A DNA stretch of 63,132 nucleotides, the filler included, from Sphaerodactylus townsendi (Eukaryota): the NCBI RefSeq assembly GCF_021028975.2. It is 5 parts of 5 records of this genome, joined end to end, with 100 filler letters (N's around TTAATTAATTAA, not from the genome) between each part and the next. Parts side by side here need not be neighbours in the genome. Positions count along the whole stretch, not along the records: positions 1 to 26,642 come from NC_059439.1; 4 more parts are not named here. One strand, 5' to 3'. Positions 11,635-24,465 of this stretch are shown one piece after another; the stretch's first letter is position 1, and every line of letters starts with the position of its first letter. The notes below the pieces were generated by a model. The model made no database searches. It had not been told where the DNA came from and saw nothing but the letters and a program-made list of their open reading frames with translations. The position numbers and the translations under genes are program-made.

Positions 11635-14070
11635 TCATGCATAGTATGCCTCTTCTGCAGCGAGCGCGTTGACAAGGGCACGCTTCAGAGCATCCACCAA
11701 GCGGTTCCTTTGCTTTGGGACTATCACTTGTTTGGATACTTTCATGCAGACCTCCCTGCCATAGACCCACTCACAGTCAACAAACTCGCACAGTCGCCAA
11801 GTGGCATCCCTGGCACGGATCCACAGGGGAACTATATCTCCACGAGTGCCATAAACCTTTTTTCCCTTAAACCCATTCAGGTACAAGTTGACCTCTTTAA
11901 GTCCATCTCTGCTGAAGCTCTCACGGACGATATCTTGAAGGGCAAAACCGCAGCTAAGGCACACTTTCACGCAATTCTCCCTCATCGGGCTGGGCTGGTG
12001 GAGAGCATATGGAATGCGCGTGGAGCAACCTCACTTCCAATCGTCACTTCCTAGGTCTGCCATTCTCAGTTCCACCGCATCTCTGGGATTAGGGTAAGGC
12101 AGCCTGGAGATTGCAACGTCCATCCGGTCCAGTCCTTCCTTTCCAACATGGCAACCTCTCAGCGCACGCAAAGTTCTGGGCAACACGATACGGTTCAGCA
12201 TGTCCGCTTTCTGCCAACAAGACAGACGCGATTTCGCGATCTTATCCACATCAGTCTTAAGGTCACTAATGATGGTCTCTGACTGACTTTGTAAGCCGAT
12301 GGGCATTCCCAGGTATCTGACAGTCTCCCCTTCCTTAAGAGAAGATATCTCTTTCTCCTGGATGGTGAACTTCGTGGCCTGAAGGGTTTTTCCCTTGAAA
12401 TGGAGTGATTTGCACTTCCCGGCATTGAAGCGCAGGCCGATCCAATCCGCAGCAGCTGTGGCATCATCGAGCATGCTCTGAAGTTCTTGGGCGCTCTCAG
12501 CAACCAGCAGCAGATCGTCAACATAAGCCAGAACGCTGACTCTTGTGCCATATAGGCAGAAGCCGCCTGAGTCGCTGTTGATGAATCGGAGGAGTGGTTC
12601 TATAGCCAGGCGGAACATGACCTGGCTGAGGGGGCACCCTTGCTTCAGTCCCGTCCGGAGAGGGATCTTGGCCGTTTCTTTGCCGCTCACTTTCACGGTG
12701 GTGGTCCAGCTACTGTAGAGTTCCCGGAGCAGGTCGACGAAGTCGGCAGGCATGCCGAACTCCGCCAGCGTCTCAAAGATGTGGCAGCGGAGGATGCTGC
12801 CGGAGCGCCGGTTTGAGGTCCAGGAAGCGCTTTCACGGGCGCATTCCTCTCCCGAGACGATTATGCAGCCTGCAAGGCAGCAGTGGGACTGCAAGATCTA
12901 AATGCTGCTCGAGGACGCTGCCTCAGCTGTGGGCTGGAGAGGACGCTATGCCTCGCCTGCCTGGGCCCACTGGGAGATGCGTGTGGCCAGGCACCTGCCG
13001 TACCACTTGTACATGGTGTTGCAGAAGGCAACGGGCCGCCAGCTGCTCAGAAGCTTGGGGTCAGCCAGGTCACCCTTGAAAATGAGGTTGGTGGTAGCCA
13101 CCTTCCAGGCGGGTGGGATGAGCTTGAACTGCCGGCATTCCTCGAAGACAGATGCCATAGTCTTGCCCTTCGGGTCCTCCTCCTTCAGCTGGCTGTATTT
13201 GATGCCGTCCGGCCCAGGCGCGGGGTCTTTGCCGTGCGGGAAGGCAGCCAAGACTTCCTTGGGGGTGAAGGCCTCGCCCAAGACCCCGTGGGCCTCCACG
13301 GAGGGCAGAGGGGGCAGGCGGGGCGGGCGGGGCGCTCTCCTGGCATCGTCTCTGGCGAACACCTCCTCGAAGTGGCGCTGCAGTTTCTCCAGCGGGATCG
13401 GGCAGGGCGGCGCGCGGCCGTCCAGGATCTGCTGGACAGCCTCCTTACGGTTGACCCGGTAGAGCCAGCTGATGTCGTGCGGGCGCCACCTCGCGCGGTG
13501 GCTCCGGGCTTCCCTCGAAAGAGGCTCCGTGAAACGCTTCACATCCTGCTCCAAGTCATGGAAGGTGCGACGGCCGCCTCGGCCCTTTTCCACCCGCGCC
13601 TCTGGCTGCAAAGCACCGTCCCCCGGGGGCACCTTCAGCGCCGGGCAGCTCTCAGCAAGGCCGGGGGGCGCCACGCCGGTTTCCTCGCGGCCGCCCCCGC
13701 ACTCAGCGCCCCCAGGGACTGCCGGGGAGGGGTCTGTTGGAAGCTGAGACTCCCCCGCAGTGGGGGCGCTCCCCGCCTCTCGTCCTGCTCGGTCCCGCGG
13801 CTCGGCTGCTCCGGAGTCGGGGGGAGTCTCGGGCGGCAGGTGGTCAGCGGGTCCGGGGGGCGCCACGCCGGTTTCCCCGCAGCCGCCCCCACTCCGGCAC
13901 TCAGCTCCTCCGCCCCCAGGAACTGCCGGGGAAGGGTCTGTTGGAAGCGGAGACTCACCCGCAGGGGGGGCGCTCCCCATCTCTCGTCCTGCTCGGTGCC
14001 GCGGCTCGGCTGCTCCGGAGCCGGGGGGAGTCTCTGGCGGAGGTGTCGGCGGGTGGTCCTGGGAACCCAT
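11635..14070 (-). CDS. Reverse transcriptase derived from an RLE-clade non-LTR retrotransposon (Utopia/NeSL-like), endonuclease-less; frame interrupted at about 12950-12800 and 12050-11960; candidate domesticated gene or pseudogene
   Basis: Motifs in order: APGPDGI, IPPAWK, WRPVAFCNTMYK, FLDL (12826-12815, shifted frame), GLKQGCPLS, LAYVDDLLL (YVDD 12525-12514), GLRFNAGKC, RYLGMP, WQK, LWIRARDATWRL. ORFs 12946-14085, 12031-12894 and 11635-11985 share one frame. First ATG at 14070. Confidence 0.85.
13660..14040 (-). repeat. In-frame tandem duplication (period 204 nt, 68 aa) in the RT N-terminus
   Basis: PPETPPGSGAAEPRHRAGRE...TGVAPPG repeated as PPETPPDSGAAEPRDRAGRE...TGVAPPG. Confidence 0.9.
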
Positions 14071-14985
<915 letters not shown>

Positions 14986-15015
14986 GGCGCCCCCCCCCCC
15001 ATTTGAAAACAAAAA

Positions 15016-15054
15016 GGCTCTTTTCAGAGCCACCCACCCCATCCTAAAAGAGCT
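15016..15054 (+). terminator. Histone 3' stem-loop and U7 HDE (H2A)
   Basis: GGCTCTTTTCAGAGCC-ACCCA then AAAAGAGCT. Confidence 0.95.
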
Positions 15055-15473
15055 TGTGACGCTGCTCAAGAGGCCACCTAACCTGGTGACGCCCCAAGCG
15101 GGCAACAGGGACGCTGGCCAATCTATGGCTACTCCCAAGTGCTCATGGACTATGATTCCCATCAGCCCCTGCTCACAGGGTCAATTGGCAGAACTGATGG
15201 GAACTGTAGTCCATGAACAAGTCTACTCTGCAGGAAAGGCCAGATCTGCATAGCAATTACCTTGGATTTGATCCATATAAGAGATGTGCGCTGTCAGTGT
15301 GTAGGCAGGTTGTAAGGTTTCTAGTATTAAGAGTTAGAAATAATATTAAGAAGTATTATTTTCACATTCTAGATGTACCTAGGCACACACATTTCTTTAC
15401 AGAGTTTAGAGTTACTTTTTTGTCTTGAGTTTAGGCCTGCCAATATAAGTTATGTCTCTTTTAGCATATTTAA

Positions 15474-15774
15474 AAGAAGAAGAGTTTGGATTTATATCCC
15501 CCCTTTCTCTCCTGTAAGGAGACTCAAAGGGTTTTACAATCTCCTTGCCCTTGCTCCCTCACAACAAACACCCTGTGAGGTGGGTGGGGCTGAGACAGCT
15601 CGGAAGAACTGTGACTAGCCCAAGGTCACCCAGCTGGCGTGTGTGGGAGTGCACAGGCTAATCTGAATTCCCCAGATATAAGCCTCCACAGCTCAGGCGG
15701 CAGAGCGGAGAATAAAACCTGGTTCCTCCAGATTAGATACATGAGCTCTTAACCTCCTACGCCACTGCTGCTCC
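15474..15774 (-). mobile_element. Squam3-type SINE
   Basis: Family sequence, full length. Confidence 0.85.
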
Positions 15775-16612
15775 TTTGGTTCATTCTTTGGGTCCAAATG
15801 GAGGCCCCATTTGAATTATAGCTTGGCTTTGCAGATGGCCCACGCCTGAGATAAGGAAGAAACCGGATAAATCAGGGTAAAGGAATTTCGAGTGTCAGGC
15901 AAATCCCTTTGTTCACAATGATGGGATTCATGGGATTCATACAACTTATCAAGTAGGCAGGGGAAAGAGAAACACAACAACAGATAGCACCATTGGGCCC
16001 CAGGGATCAAAATAACAAAAGAGCCATAGTTGCGAAACTTGTTTTTGGAACTCACAGTAATAGAAACACGAAGCCCAGTCTCCCCAAGCAATAGGCAACA
16101 ATTTCAATATCTATTCAGCCGCCCGTATGTCAGGATGCCCAGATGGGATGAGAACCAGAGAACATCTTTTGTTACTACAAGCTGCCATAAAAGAAACATT
16201 CAGAGATAAGCAAAACAAGTCCCAAGGATGGGGGAAATGGTGTGAAAACAATTAAACCATTAAAGTGCCAGGATGTCTGGGGGGAGGGGGGGGGTCCTTG
16301 ATGGGCCCATGTTTGCCCTGCTACATAGCAACTAATGCCTGTGATGTGTGCTCTTGATTTCCTATAAGAGTTTTGCCTTTCTCTGTGTTCAGGGAGCTCA
16401 TTTCCCACATTTGAAGGGACCCCAGCCTCTCGAAAATAAAAATATTACTTTTATAATATTTTTATGTGTGGTTATTTGCTGTAGCAGGTTGGTCTGAAGT
16501 AACAAATGGACTGACTGCAGGATGAAGAAGAGTTTGGATTTATATCCCCCTCCCCTTTCACTGCTGTAGCTGTAACCAAGGGAAAAGGATACCATGCAAA
16601 CTCTCCTTTAAG

Positions 16613-16797
16613 AAGGCTTTCACGGCCGGATTCAACTGGTTCTGGTGGGTTTTCCAGGCTGTGTGGCCGTGGTCTGGTGGATTTTGTTCCTAACGTTTCG
16701 CCTGCATCTGTGGCTGGCATATTCAGAGGTGTATCACAGAGAAAAGTCTGTGGAACCAGACCACGGCCACACAGCCCGGAAAACCCACCAGAACCAG
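16613..16797. mobile_element. Penelope-like inverted pseudo-LTR fragment
   Basis: Fold-back arms CTGGTTCTGGTGGGTTTTCC...GGAAAACCCACCAGAACCAG; TSD TCTCCTTTAAGA; mutated hammerhead core on - strand. Confidence 0.7.
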
Positions 16798-17719
16798 TCT
16801 CCTTTAAGATTTTATCCTTCACGATTTTTGTAGACACCCCCCTATATTCAATGGGGCTCACTCAAGTATTTCAGATGTGATAAGGATGGGGGGGGGGGGT
16901 CATTTTGAGCAGAACAGAACTGTATTATTACGGTCAAAGACCAGCCCTTAAAAGTTTCTACAACATTTCGTCAATAAAATGCCTATATACAAATCTGATG
17001 TACCTTCAGCTGTTACCCAAGCCATACAATAAAGTCATTTCGATCAAGGAGAAAAACCTGATGCATGAAGCATGCAGCGTACATCAAAGCAGATGCAGCC
17101 AGCAAACGTCTGGTGGGGGGGTGGGGAGTGCGTGGGAAGCCATCTTGCCCTCCTGGGCTCACTTCAATCACCAGGCAAATTTGACATTAATGATATTTTG
17201 GCTGTCCCTTACCTGGTTTAACATAGTAGCTGCAAAATTCCGTTGGGTCTTTTTTAGGCCCCATTTTGGCACTTTTCAATCAGCCAGTCTAATAGGAAGA
17301 TTTCAAAAAATCCCAGGGCATGGGAGAGTATGTGTTAACAATTCAGGGGAAGTGTCACACATCCTTCCTATTGCCTTGTGAGCTCCATAAAGCGGAAAGG
17401 AAGTCTTCAATGCATCCACTGTTAGCTCATTATACAAATTCAATCAATCCTGATTCAGCTCTTGTAAGAATTTTACTGGAAGACCCAGTTTCCTTTATAT
17501 CTCAGCAGGTAGCCTAATTTTGTATGTTGGCACATAATAAGCGTAGATCCATGTTAGGATAGAGAGCCATATTGCATGATGGTGACTGTAATAATTTTAC
17601 AAGCTGATTATATTTTTGCGTGTAGGTTTTATACCATGGATTTCTGTACATGTGAATAATTTGAATAAATAAATGAATATGTATTGTCTTAAGGCTTTTC
17701 ATCGACTGAAGATTGGGAT

Positions 17720-17915
17720 TAGCGGTTGTATATTTTTTCTCGGTTTCTCTCCTGAGTTTGTGCATCTGTGGCTGGCATCTTCAGAGGATCTGATGGTCCA
17801 TCAGATCAAGTCCATCAGATCCTCTGAAGATGCCAGCCACAGATGCAGGCGAAACGTCAGGAGAGAATGCTGCTAGAACACGGCCATACAGCCCGGAAAC
17901 CACACAGCACCCCAA
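17720..17915. mobile_element. Penelope-like inverted pseudo-LTR fragment
   Basis: Fold-back TGCATCTGTGGCTGGCATCTTCAGAGGATCTGATGG / CCATCAGATCCTCTGAAGATGCCAGCCACAGATGCA. Confidence 0.7.
17820..17862 (+). ncRNA. Minimal type I hammerhead ribozyme (Penelope-associated)
   Basis: UCCU-CUGAAGA-U-GCC(loop)GGC-GAAAC-GUC-AGGA: stem I UCCU/AGGA, intact core, stem II GCC/GGC, palindromic ACGU stem III. Confidence 0.7.
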
Positions 17916-18395
17916 TAAATGAATAAATAATGGCTGTAATAAAACTGATTAAACTGAGATTCACGAGCCAGAAAGGGAGCAACAGACCCTTCCAGCCCCC
18001 TCCCCCCAACAGACCCTTCCAGCCCCCCTTCAAATCCAGATTCAAACCGGCACAAAGACCCAACAGAGGAGCAAGATTCAGATCCGGACAAAAAGGGATT
18101 CTTTTTAACAATTCCCAAAGGGATGTGCAGTCAGTGGACTGACTGGGGCAGGATGAGCCTATTGCGCTGCTTTCTTCCTAAGACAGGAGGCCATTCCCCT
18201 GCAAAAGGATACAATCAAGACTCCTTTTAAGTCTTGTAAAGATTTTATCCTTCATGAATTTTTAAAACCCCCACAATATTCTTTTACAATCTTTTTCTGC
18301 CTGATTCTTCCTTCTCCTTCAACTTTGACTTTAATCTTATGTTTTCCTTTTTGCTATTCTCAATGGCTGATTAATGTCATACAATGCTTTCCAAT

Positions 18396-18762
18396 ATGCC
18401 ATCCCCGCTCCATAGAGGAAGACTCAAGGGTCTACCGAGCGATTAGAGGCTTTGCCCCTGCAGTCCAGGGCAGCTGGATTCCATTCCGCACATTCTCCTC
18501 CACTGCCTATTTTACCAGAATCTAAGATCCAGCTTATTATCACAGGTTATTGACTCTATGAAAACCCATACAGAGCTAGATAAAGTAAATATGCTTTTAA
18601 AAACAACTGCAATGATTTTAACTGTTGTCTCACAGTGGCAAAGTTCCTGGCTGAAGCTTGCAAACTGAACTTATGATCAAATGTGAAGTTTTTACCTTAT
18701 GGTTTTAACTGTATTTATACTATATGTTCCGTATGCCAATAGAGGCTTGTTGATATTGATTG
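18396..18762 (+). mobile_element. LINE 3' end (RTE-X-like, Cys-rich knuckle)
   Basis: RLCPC...HILLHCLFYQNLR remnant; tail TGCCAATAGAGGCTT; TSD AATGCTTTCCAATA. Confidence 0.7.
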
Positions 18763-18896
18763 AATGCTTTCCAATACTTTCAACCCCATGAACACGATTT
18801 CTAAATAAAATCTTCAGTGACTCAACATAATCAGCACACGTCCCCCTTGAACTGAGGCTACATTTTTGCTATTAGGTTCAACTAGCACAAGGAAAT

Positions 18897-18937
18897 CAGC
18901 TTTTTCTTGGAGAAAGTGGGTGGCCCTGAAAAGGGCC
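18897..18937 (-). terminator. Histone 3' stem-loop and HDE (H4)
   Basis: GGCCCTTTTCAGGGCC-ACCCA then GAAAAAGCTG on - strand. Confidence 0.95.
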
Positions 18938-18974
18938 TTTTGTGTGGGTGGGTGTTGGGAGGGCGCGGGGGGGC

Positions 18975-20015
<1,041 letters not shown>

Positions 20016-20053
20016 GGCCACTGCAAAGACCGCTGCCAATCCAAAGACCCAAA

Positions 20054-20093
20054 GGCTCTTTTAAGAGCCACCCACATAAACACGAAACGGCTG
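20054..20093 (+). terminator. Histone 3' stem-loop and HDE (H3)
   Basis: GGCTCTTTTAAGAGCC-ACCCA then GAAACGGCTG. Confidence 0.93.
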
Positions 20094-20199
20094 AATCATG
20101 AACTCATAAGCTTTTACTTTTGTAGTATGTACGTTGAAAACTTACTCTAAAAGCAAATCAGTTTTTACTTAGGTTAATAGTCCAGCGCAAAAAGTTTTC

Positions 20200-20551
20200 C
20201 AAACAAGCCTTTATTGGCATATATGACAATACAGGTTACAAAAAAAAAAACAAATTGAAAAAAATCCCCAGATAGAATAATAATCTACAATTTACAAACT
20301 TCTGACAAAAACTTTGCCACTATAAGGCAACAATGAGAATCCTGACAATTTAAAAGCATGACTACTTTATCTGATTCAGTATAAACCATAGAGTCTATAG
20401 CTTGGGATAACAGGCTGGATCGGAGATCTTGGTATAATAAGCAGTTCAGGAGAATGGATGGGATGGAATCCAGCTGCCCTATGCTACAGGGACAGAACCT
20501 CTTATCGCTTGAAAGACCTTTAAGTCTTCCTCTATGTAGCGGAGATGGCAT
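20200..20551 (-). mobile_element. LINE 3' end (RTE-X-like), same family as 18396-18762
   Basis: MPSPLHRGRLKGLSSDKRFCPC...ILLNCLLYQDLR; tail TGCCAATAAAGGCTTG. Confidence 0.7.
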
Positions 20552-20924
20552 GATAATCTATAACTGACAATTAAACACAGTTATCCAGAGCTGTTTAAAC
20601 AGACTGGATTAACATATGTCGGGAGTGCTTTGTGTGTTCCTGCATGGCAGGGGGTTGGACTGGATGACCCTTGGGGTCTCTTCCAACTCTAGGATTCTGT
20701 CCTTTAGGGTATATAATTTCTAGATAAACAGGGTCAGAAGTTGTTTAGCTGTTTGTTTGATAAAATTATGAAGAAAATACAGGGGGGAGGGGGAAAGGGA
20801 AAATGTATTATTTGAAAACTTATGAAGAAGAGTATTAATATAAAATGGAATATTCAAATGATACAATAATTTTTTTTACAAAAAATAAGTTATTTAGCAA
20901 GTATAAGACCTTTTGAGCATCTGA

Positions 20925-21750
20925 TATCGGAGTGAGGTGGACCGACTGCTCTCATGGTGCAGGGAAAATAACCTGGTTCTTAATACTAACAAGACAAAAG
21001 AGCTTATAGTGGACTATAGAAGGAATAGTTCAGAAATTCAGCCCTTGACTATAAATGGAGATCAAGAAGAGCGGGTGGCTAGTTTTTAATTTCTGGGCGT
21101 TATGATTAAAGAGGACTTAACCTGGGGCATACAGATTGCCGCGGTGGTTAAGAAGGCCCAGCAAAGACTGTACTATCTGAGACTTTTAAGGAAGCAACAA
21201 CTGGATGGAAAACTCCTGGTGTCCTTTTACCGCTGTGCTATAGAGAGTGTCTTAACCTACTGCATCTGTGTATGGTTCTCCAGTTGCACAGTGGCAGATA
21301 GGAAGGCGCTCCAAAGGGTGATCACTACTGCACAAAGGATTATCGGCTGCCCTCTCTCCTCCTTGGAAGAACTCTATAATTCCCAAAGCCTAAAAAAAGC
21401 CCAAAATATTCTGAAGGACCCGTCTCATCCAGCACACTCTCTTTTTGAACTGTTACCATCCGGTAGATGATACAGGTCTATCAAAACTAGGACAAAGAGG
21501 CTTAGAGACAGCTTCTCCTCTAGAGCTGTGGCTATGCTAAACTCCGCGGCTTCATGTTGATGTGTTTGGGGCTGTGTAGGGATGGGTGGAGGAAGGGGGA
21601 AGTGAGGATGATGTATGAGTCTGAAATTGTATGAGTATGATGTATTGTATGAAATTGTATGAGTATGATGTATGAGTCTGGAATTGTGTGCATCGAGGAA
21701 TGCTGCTGTAAATTTCGTTGTGCGTGCACAATGACAATAAATGCTTATCC
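20925..21750 (+). mobile_element. Rex1/Babar-like LINE, 5'-truncated (RT C-terminus and DUF1891-type region)
   Basis: LNTNKTKELIVDYRR...LTW...VKKAQQRLYYLRLL...FYRCAIESVL...DPSHPAHSLFELLPSGR; 3' end CAATGACAATAAA. Confidence 0.85.
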
Positions 21751-23476
21751 TGATATCCTGTCACAGTTTAAGAGAAGAGCAATGGCATATTTTCCCCCTA
21801 ATTCCCTCATGTTTCATGCAATGGAAGAGGGGGAGTGGGCTAAAGTTTCCAGTTGATTTAAGTAACAGAGTCTCTTTGTTGACTCTATTTTTAAAAATCT
21901 ACCATATAGCAGCTCTGAGAGCAGAACATTAAACCTAGCCGCTGATATGGCTCTCCTAAGACTAGGGTTCAGCATTATGCATACTGTATATTTAATTTAT
22001 ACACCGCCCTCCCCCCCCCCAAAGACTCAGGGCCCTGCACAACCACATAACAACATCAATAAACCTAACATTGTAGAACAACCATCAGTAAACAGGGTCA
22101 ATAAACATAACATCATAAATTATAACATCATACAACAACCATCAATAAATATGGGGTAATAAATAGGATCATAACATGATAAACATATAATTTGCTATGC
22201 ATCCCTGTCTAAAAGGTATCCAAGAGCTAAGGGGTGAATTATGTTTTGAATGCCGCTGGAAATAGATTTTGAGATTCTGTTTCTAGTCATCTTTTCCCCC
22301 TCAAACTATTATAGGTTTCAAAAAGGGACAACATACCCAAAGATTCACGAGAAATGCCAATTTCCTCAATTTGGTTTGTAATTAATGGGAGCAGAGCATA
22401 AATACTGAAAAGATTAAGTGTTTAAAGGTTGCAAATATAAATATAACAGGATCAATTCATTTAAAAGGTCTGTAAAAACTTTTAAAATGGGGATTGGGGG
22501 GGGCAATAAAATTGCTAACTATGAGATCATTACGCCTGTTTAGTAATACAGACTGTTTAGTAATACTGAATCTGGCAGCATGTGTAAGTTATGTCCCTTA
22601 CTTGTAAGCAGCAAGGAAATGTAACATTGTTTTGTGTGACCAGGAAATGTGCACAGTAGTGATTAAATAAATCCAGTATGTGTAGCTGTTACATTAAAGC
22701 TATCCTTTGAACTAAGCAAATTCTCCCTTCCTGGACTCCCCAATTTGGAAAGGGTTTTTTTTTTTCACTCCAGCAGAAATATGGACATGTTGAATCCTTG
22801 GCCCAGCAATTATTGCATTGTTCTAGAGAGATTTCAGATCTAAGTTTATGAACCTTACCCCCTTATTCCAAACTGATCTCCCTGATTTATTTAGACTATT
22901 CTATTTGTTACATAACCCAGATCCCTCTTTCTGTGATGGCTGCAGATTATCTTTTGGAAATATTACACACACACACTCTATGTTGTTTATTTTGTGCATT
23001 TTACGCTTATTGCTCAAATACAGGAGAGCAGGCGGACAGAAGACCCTTCATTCCTATGGAGGAATGGCAAAATAAGTTTTAATTATATTTGTAACTTTCT
23101 AACCCTGCATTTATAAATAATTTGGAATTTGGCTCCTTATGAATTGTTTTACTGGTTGTTAACCCTAAATAAACTAAGCTGTTATTCTTATACCTATAGT
23201 ATCCATATACATACACGTTTCTGCTACTGTTATGCCACTAAAAGGCTTACTCTAACTTACACCACCAGAAACCTAACATGACTTCATGTTATCTCTTAAG
23301 CTTGGCGATCGCTGTCCATGGTGGAGAAGGGAATTGATCCCAGTCCTAACCCACCCGTCACCAGTGCAGAAATCCCCACGTTCCTGCCCTACACGTGTGT
23401 TGGGGACCCTCCCAGATCATAGGCCATCCCAAACTTAAGAGGGGATCACTTGGTGAAGGATCCACGAGTGGACATT

Positions 23477-23517
23477 CAGCTCTTTCCGGGAAGCGGTGGG
23501 TGGCTCTTAAAAGAGCC
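23477..23517 (-). terminator. Histone 3' stem-loop and HDE (H1)
   Basis: GGCTCTTTTAAGAGCC-ACCCA then GGAAAGAGCTG on - strand. Confidence 0.95.
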
Positions 23518-23566
23518 TTTGGGGAGAGGGGGTGTGTGGTCGGGAGGGCGCGCGCTCGCTCGCTCC

Positions 23567-24259
23567 CTACTTCCTCTTGGGCGCCGCCTTCTTGGGCTTG
23601 GCCGTCTTGGCCTTGGGCGTCCTAGGCTTAGCTTTGGCGCTCTTGGCTTTGGCGGGGCTCCGGGCGGCCTTCTTGGGCTTGGCCACCTTCTTGGGGCTCT
23701 TGGCCGCCGCCTTCTTGGCGGCCGCCCCGGCAGGCTTCTTGGCCACCTTCTTGACGGGCTTCTTGGCGGCCGCGCCGGCGGGCTTCTTAACCTTCTTGGC
23801 GGCGCTGCTGGCCGGCTTCTTGGCGGCGGAGGAGGGCTTCTTGGTCCTGGCCGCGGCGCCAGCGGGCTTCTTCCGGGCAGAGACGGAGGCGGCCCCCTTC
23901 TCCTTGGCCCCGCCGCCGCCGCCGCCCTGCTGCTTCTTGTTGAGCTTGAAGGAGCCGGAGGCGCCGGTGCCCTTGGTCTGCAGGAGGGTGCCCTTGGTGA
24001 CCAGGCTCTTCAGGCCCAGCTTGATGCGGCTGTTGTTCTTCTCCACGTCGTAGCCGGCGGCCGCCAGGGACTTCTTCAGCGCGGCCAGCGAGACGCCGCT
24101 GCGCTCCTTGGAGGCCGACACCGCCTGGGTCAGCAGCTCCGTCACGCTCGGGCCCGACGGCTTCCGCGCCGCCTTCGCGGCCACCTTCTTGGGCTTCTTC
24201 GCCGGCGCCTTGGCGGGCTGCAGCGCAGCGGCGGGCGCGGCCGGCACCTCCTCGGTCAT
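23567..24259 (-). CDS. H1: Replication-dependent linker histone H1 (230 aa)
   Basis: MTEEVPAAP...[28 protein letters not shown]...[13 protein letters not shown] plus Lys/Ala/Pro tail; ATG 24259 lies downstream of the TATA box. Confidence 0.97.
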   Translation of the reverse strand: MTEEVPAAPAAALQPAKAPAKKPKKVAAKAARKPSGPSVTELLTQAVSASKERSGVSLAALKKSLAAAGYDVEKNNSRIKLGLKSLVTKGTLLQTKGTGASGSFKLNKKQQGGGGGGAKEKGAASVSARKKPAGAAARTKKPSSAAKKPASSAAKKVKKPAGAAAKKPVKKVAKKPAGAAAKKAAAKSPKKVAKPKKAARSPAKAKSAKAKPRTPKAKTAKPKKAAPKRK

Positions 24260-24359
24260 CGTCCTGCGGTCCTGAAGTCCCCTCGCGACGGCAGCAGCGG
24301 CAGCAGCTCTTTCTTCTCTCGAGGGCAAGCGCCGAATGAGCGCCTCGCAGGCAGCCGCC

Positions 24360-24465
24360 GGGTATTTATAGGGGCGGAGCTGCGCTCTGATTGGTGCGTT
24401 CCCCGCACCTCTCTCCGCGGCCCGGAGCTGTCCCCCCTGGGCCGGTGCAACTTTGTGTTTCTTGC
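24360..24465 (-). promoter_or_regulatory. H1 promoter
   Basis: H1 box AAACACA (24460-24454), CCAAT (about 24394-24390), GC box (24371-24380), CTATAAATA (about 24371-24363). Confidence 0.9.

Noticed and set aside
15780-16460. Possible degenerate DIRS-like fragment
   Set aside because: Only faint motif resemblance; boundaries cannot be defined.
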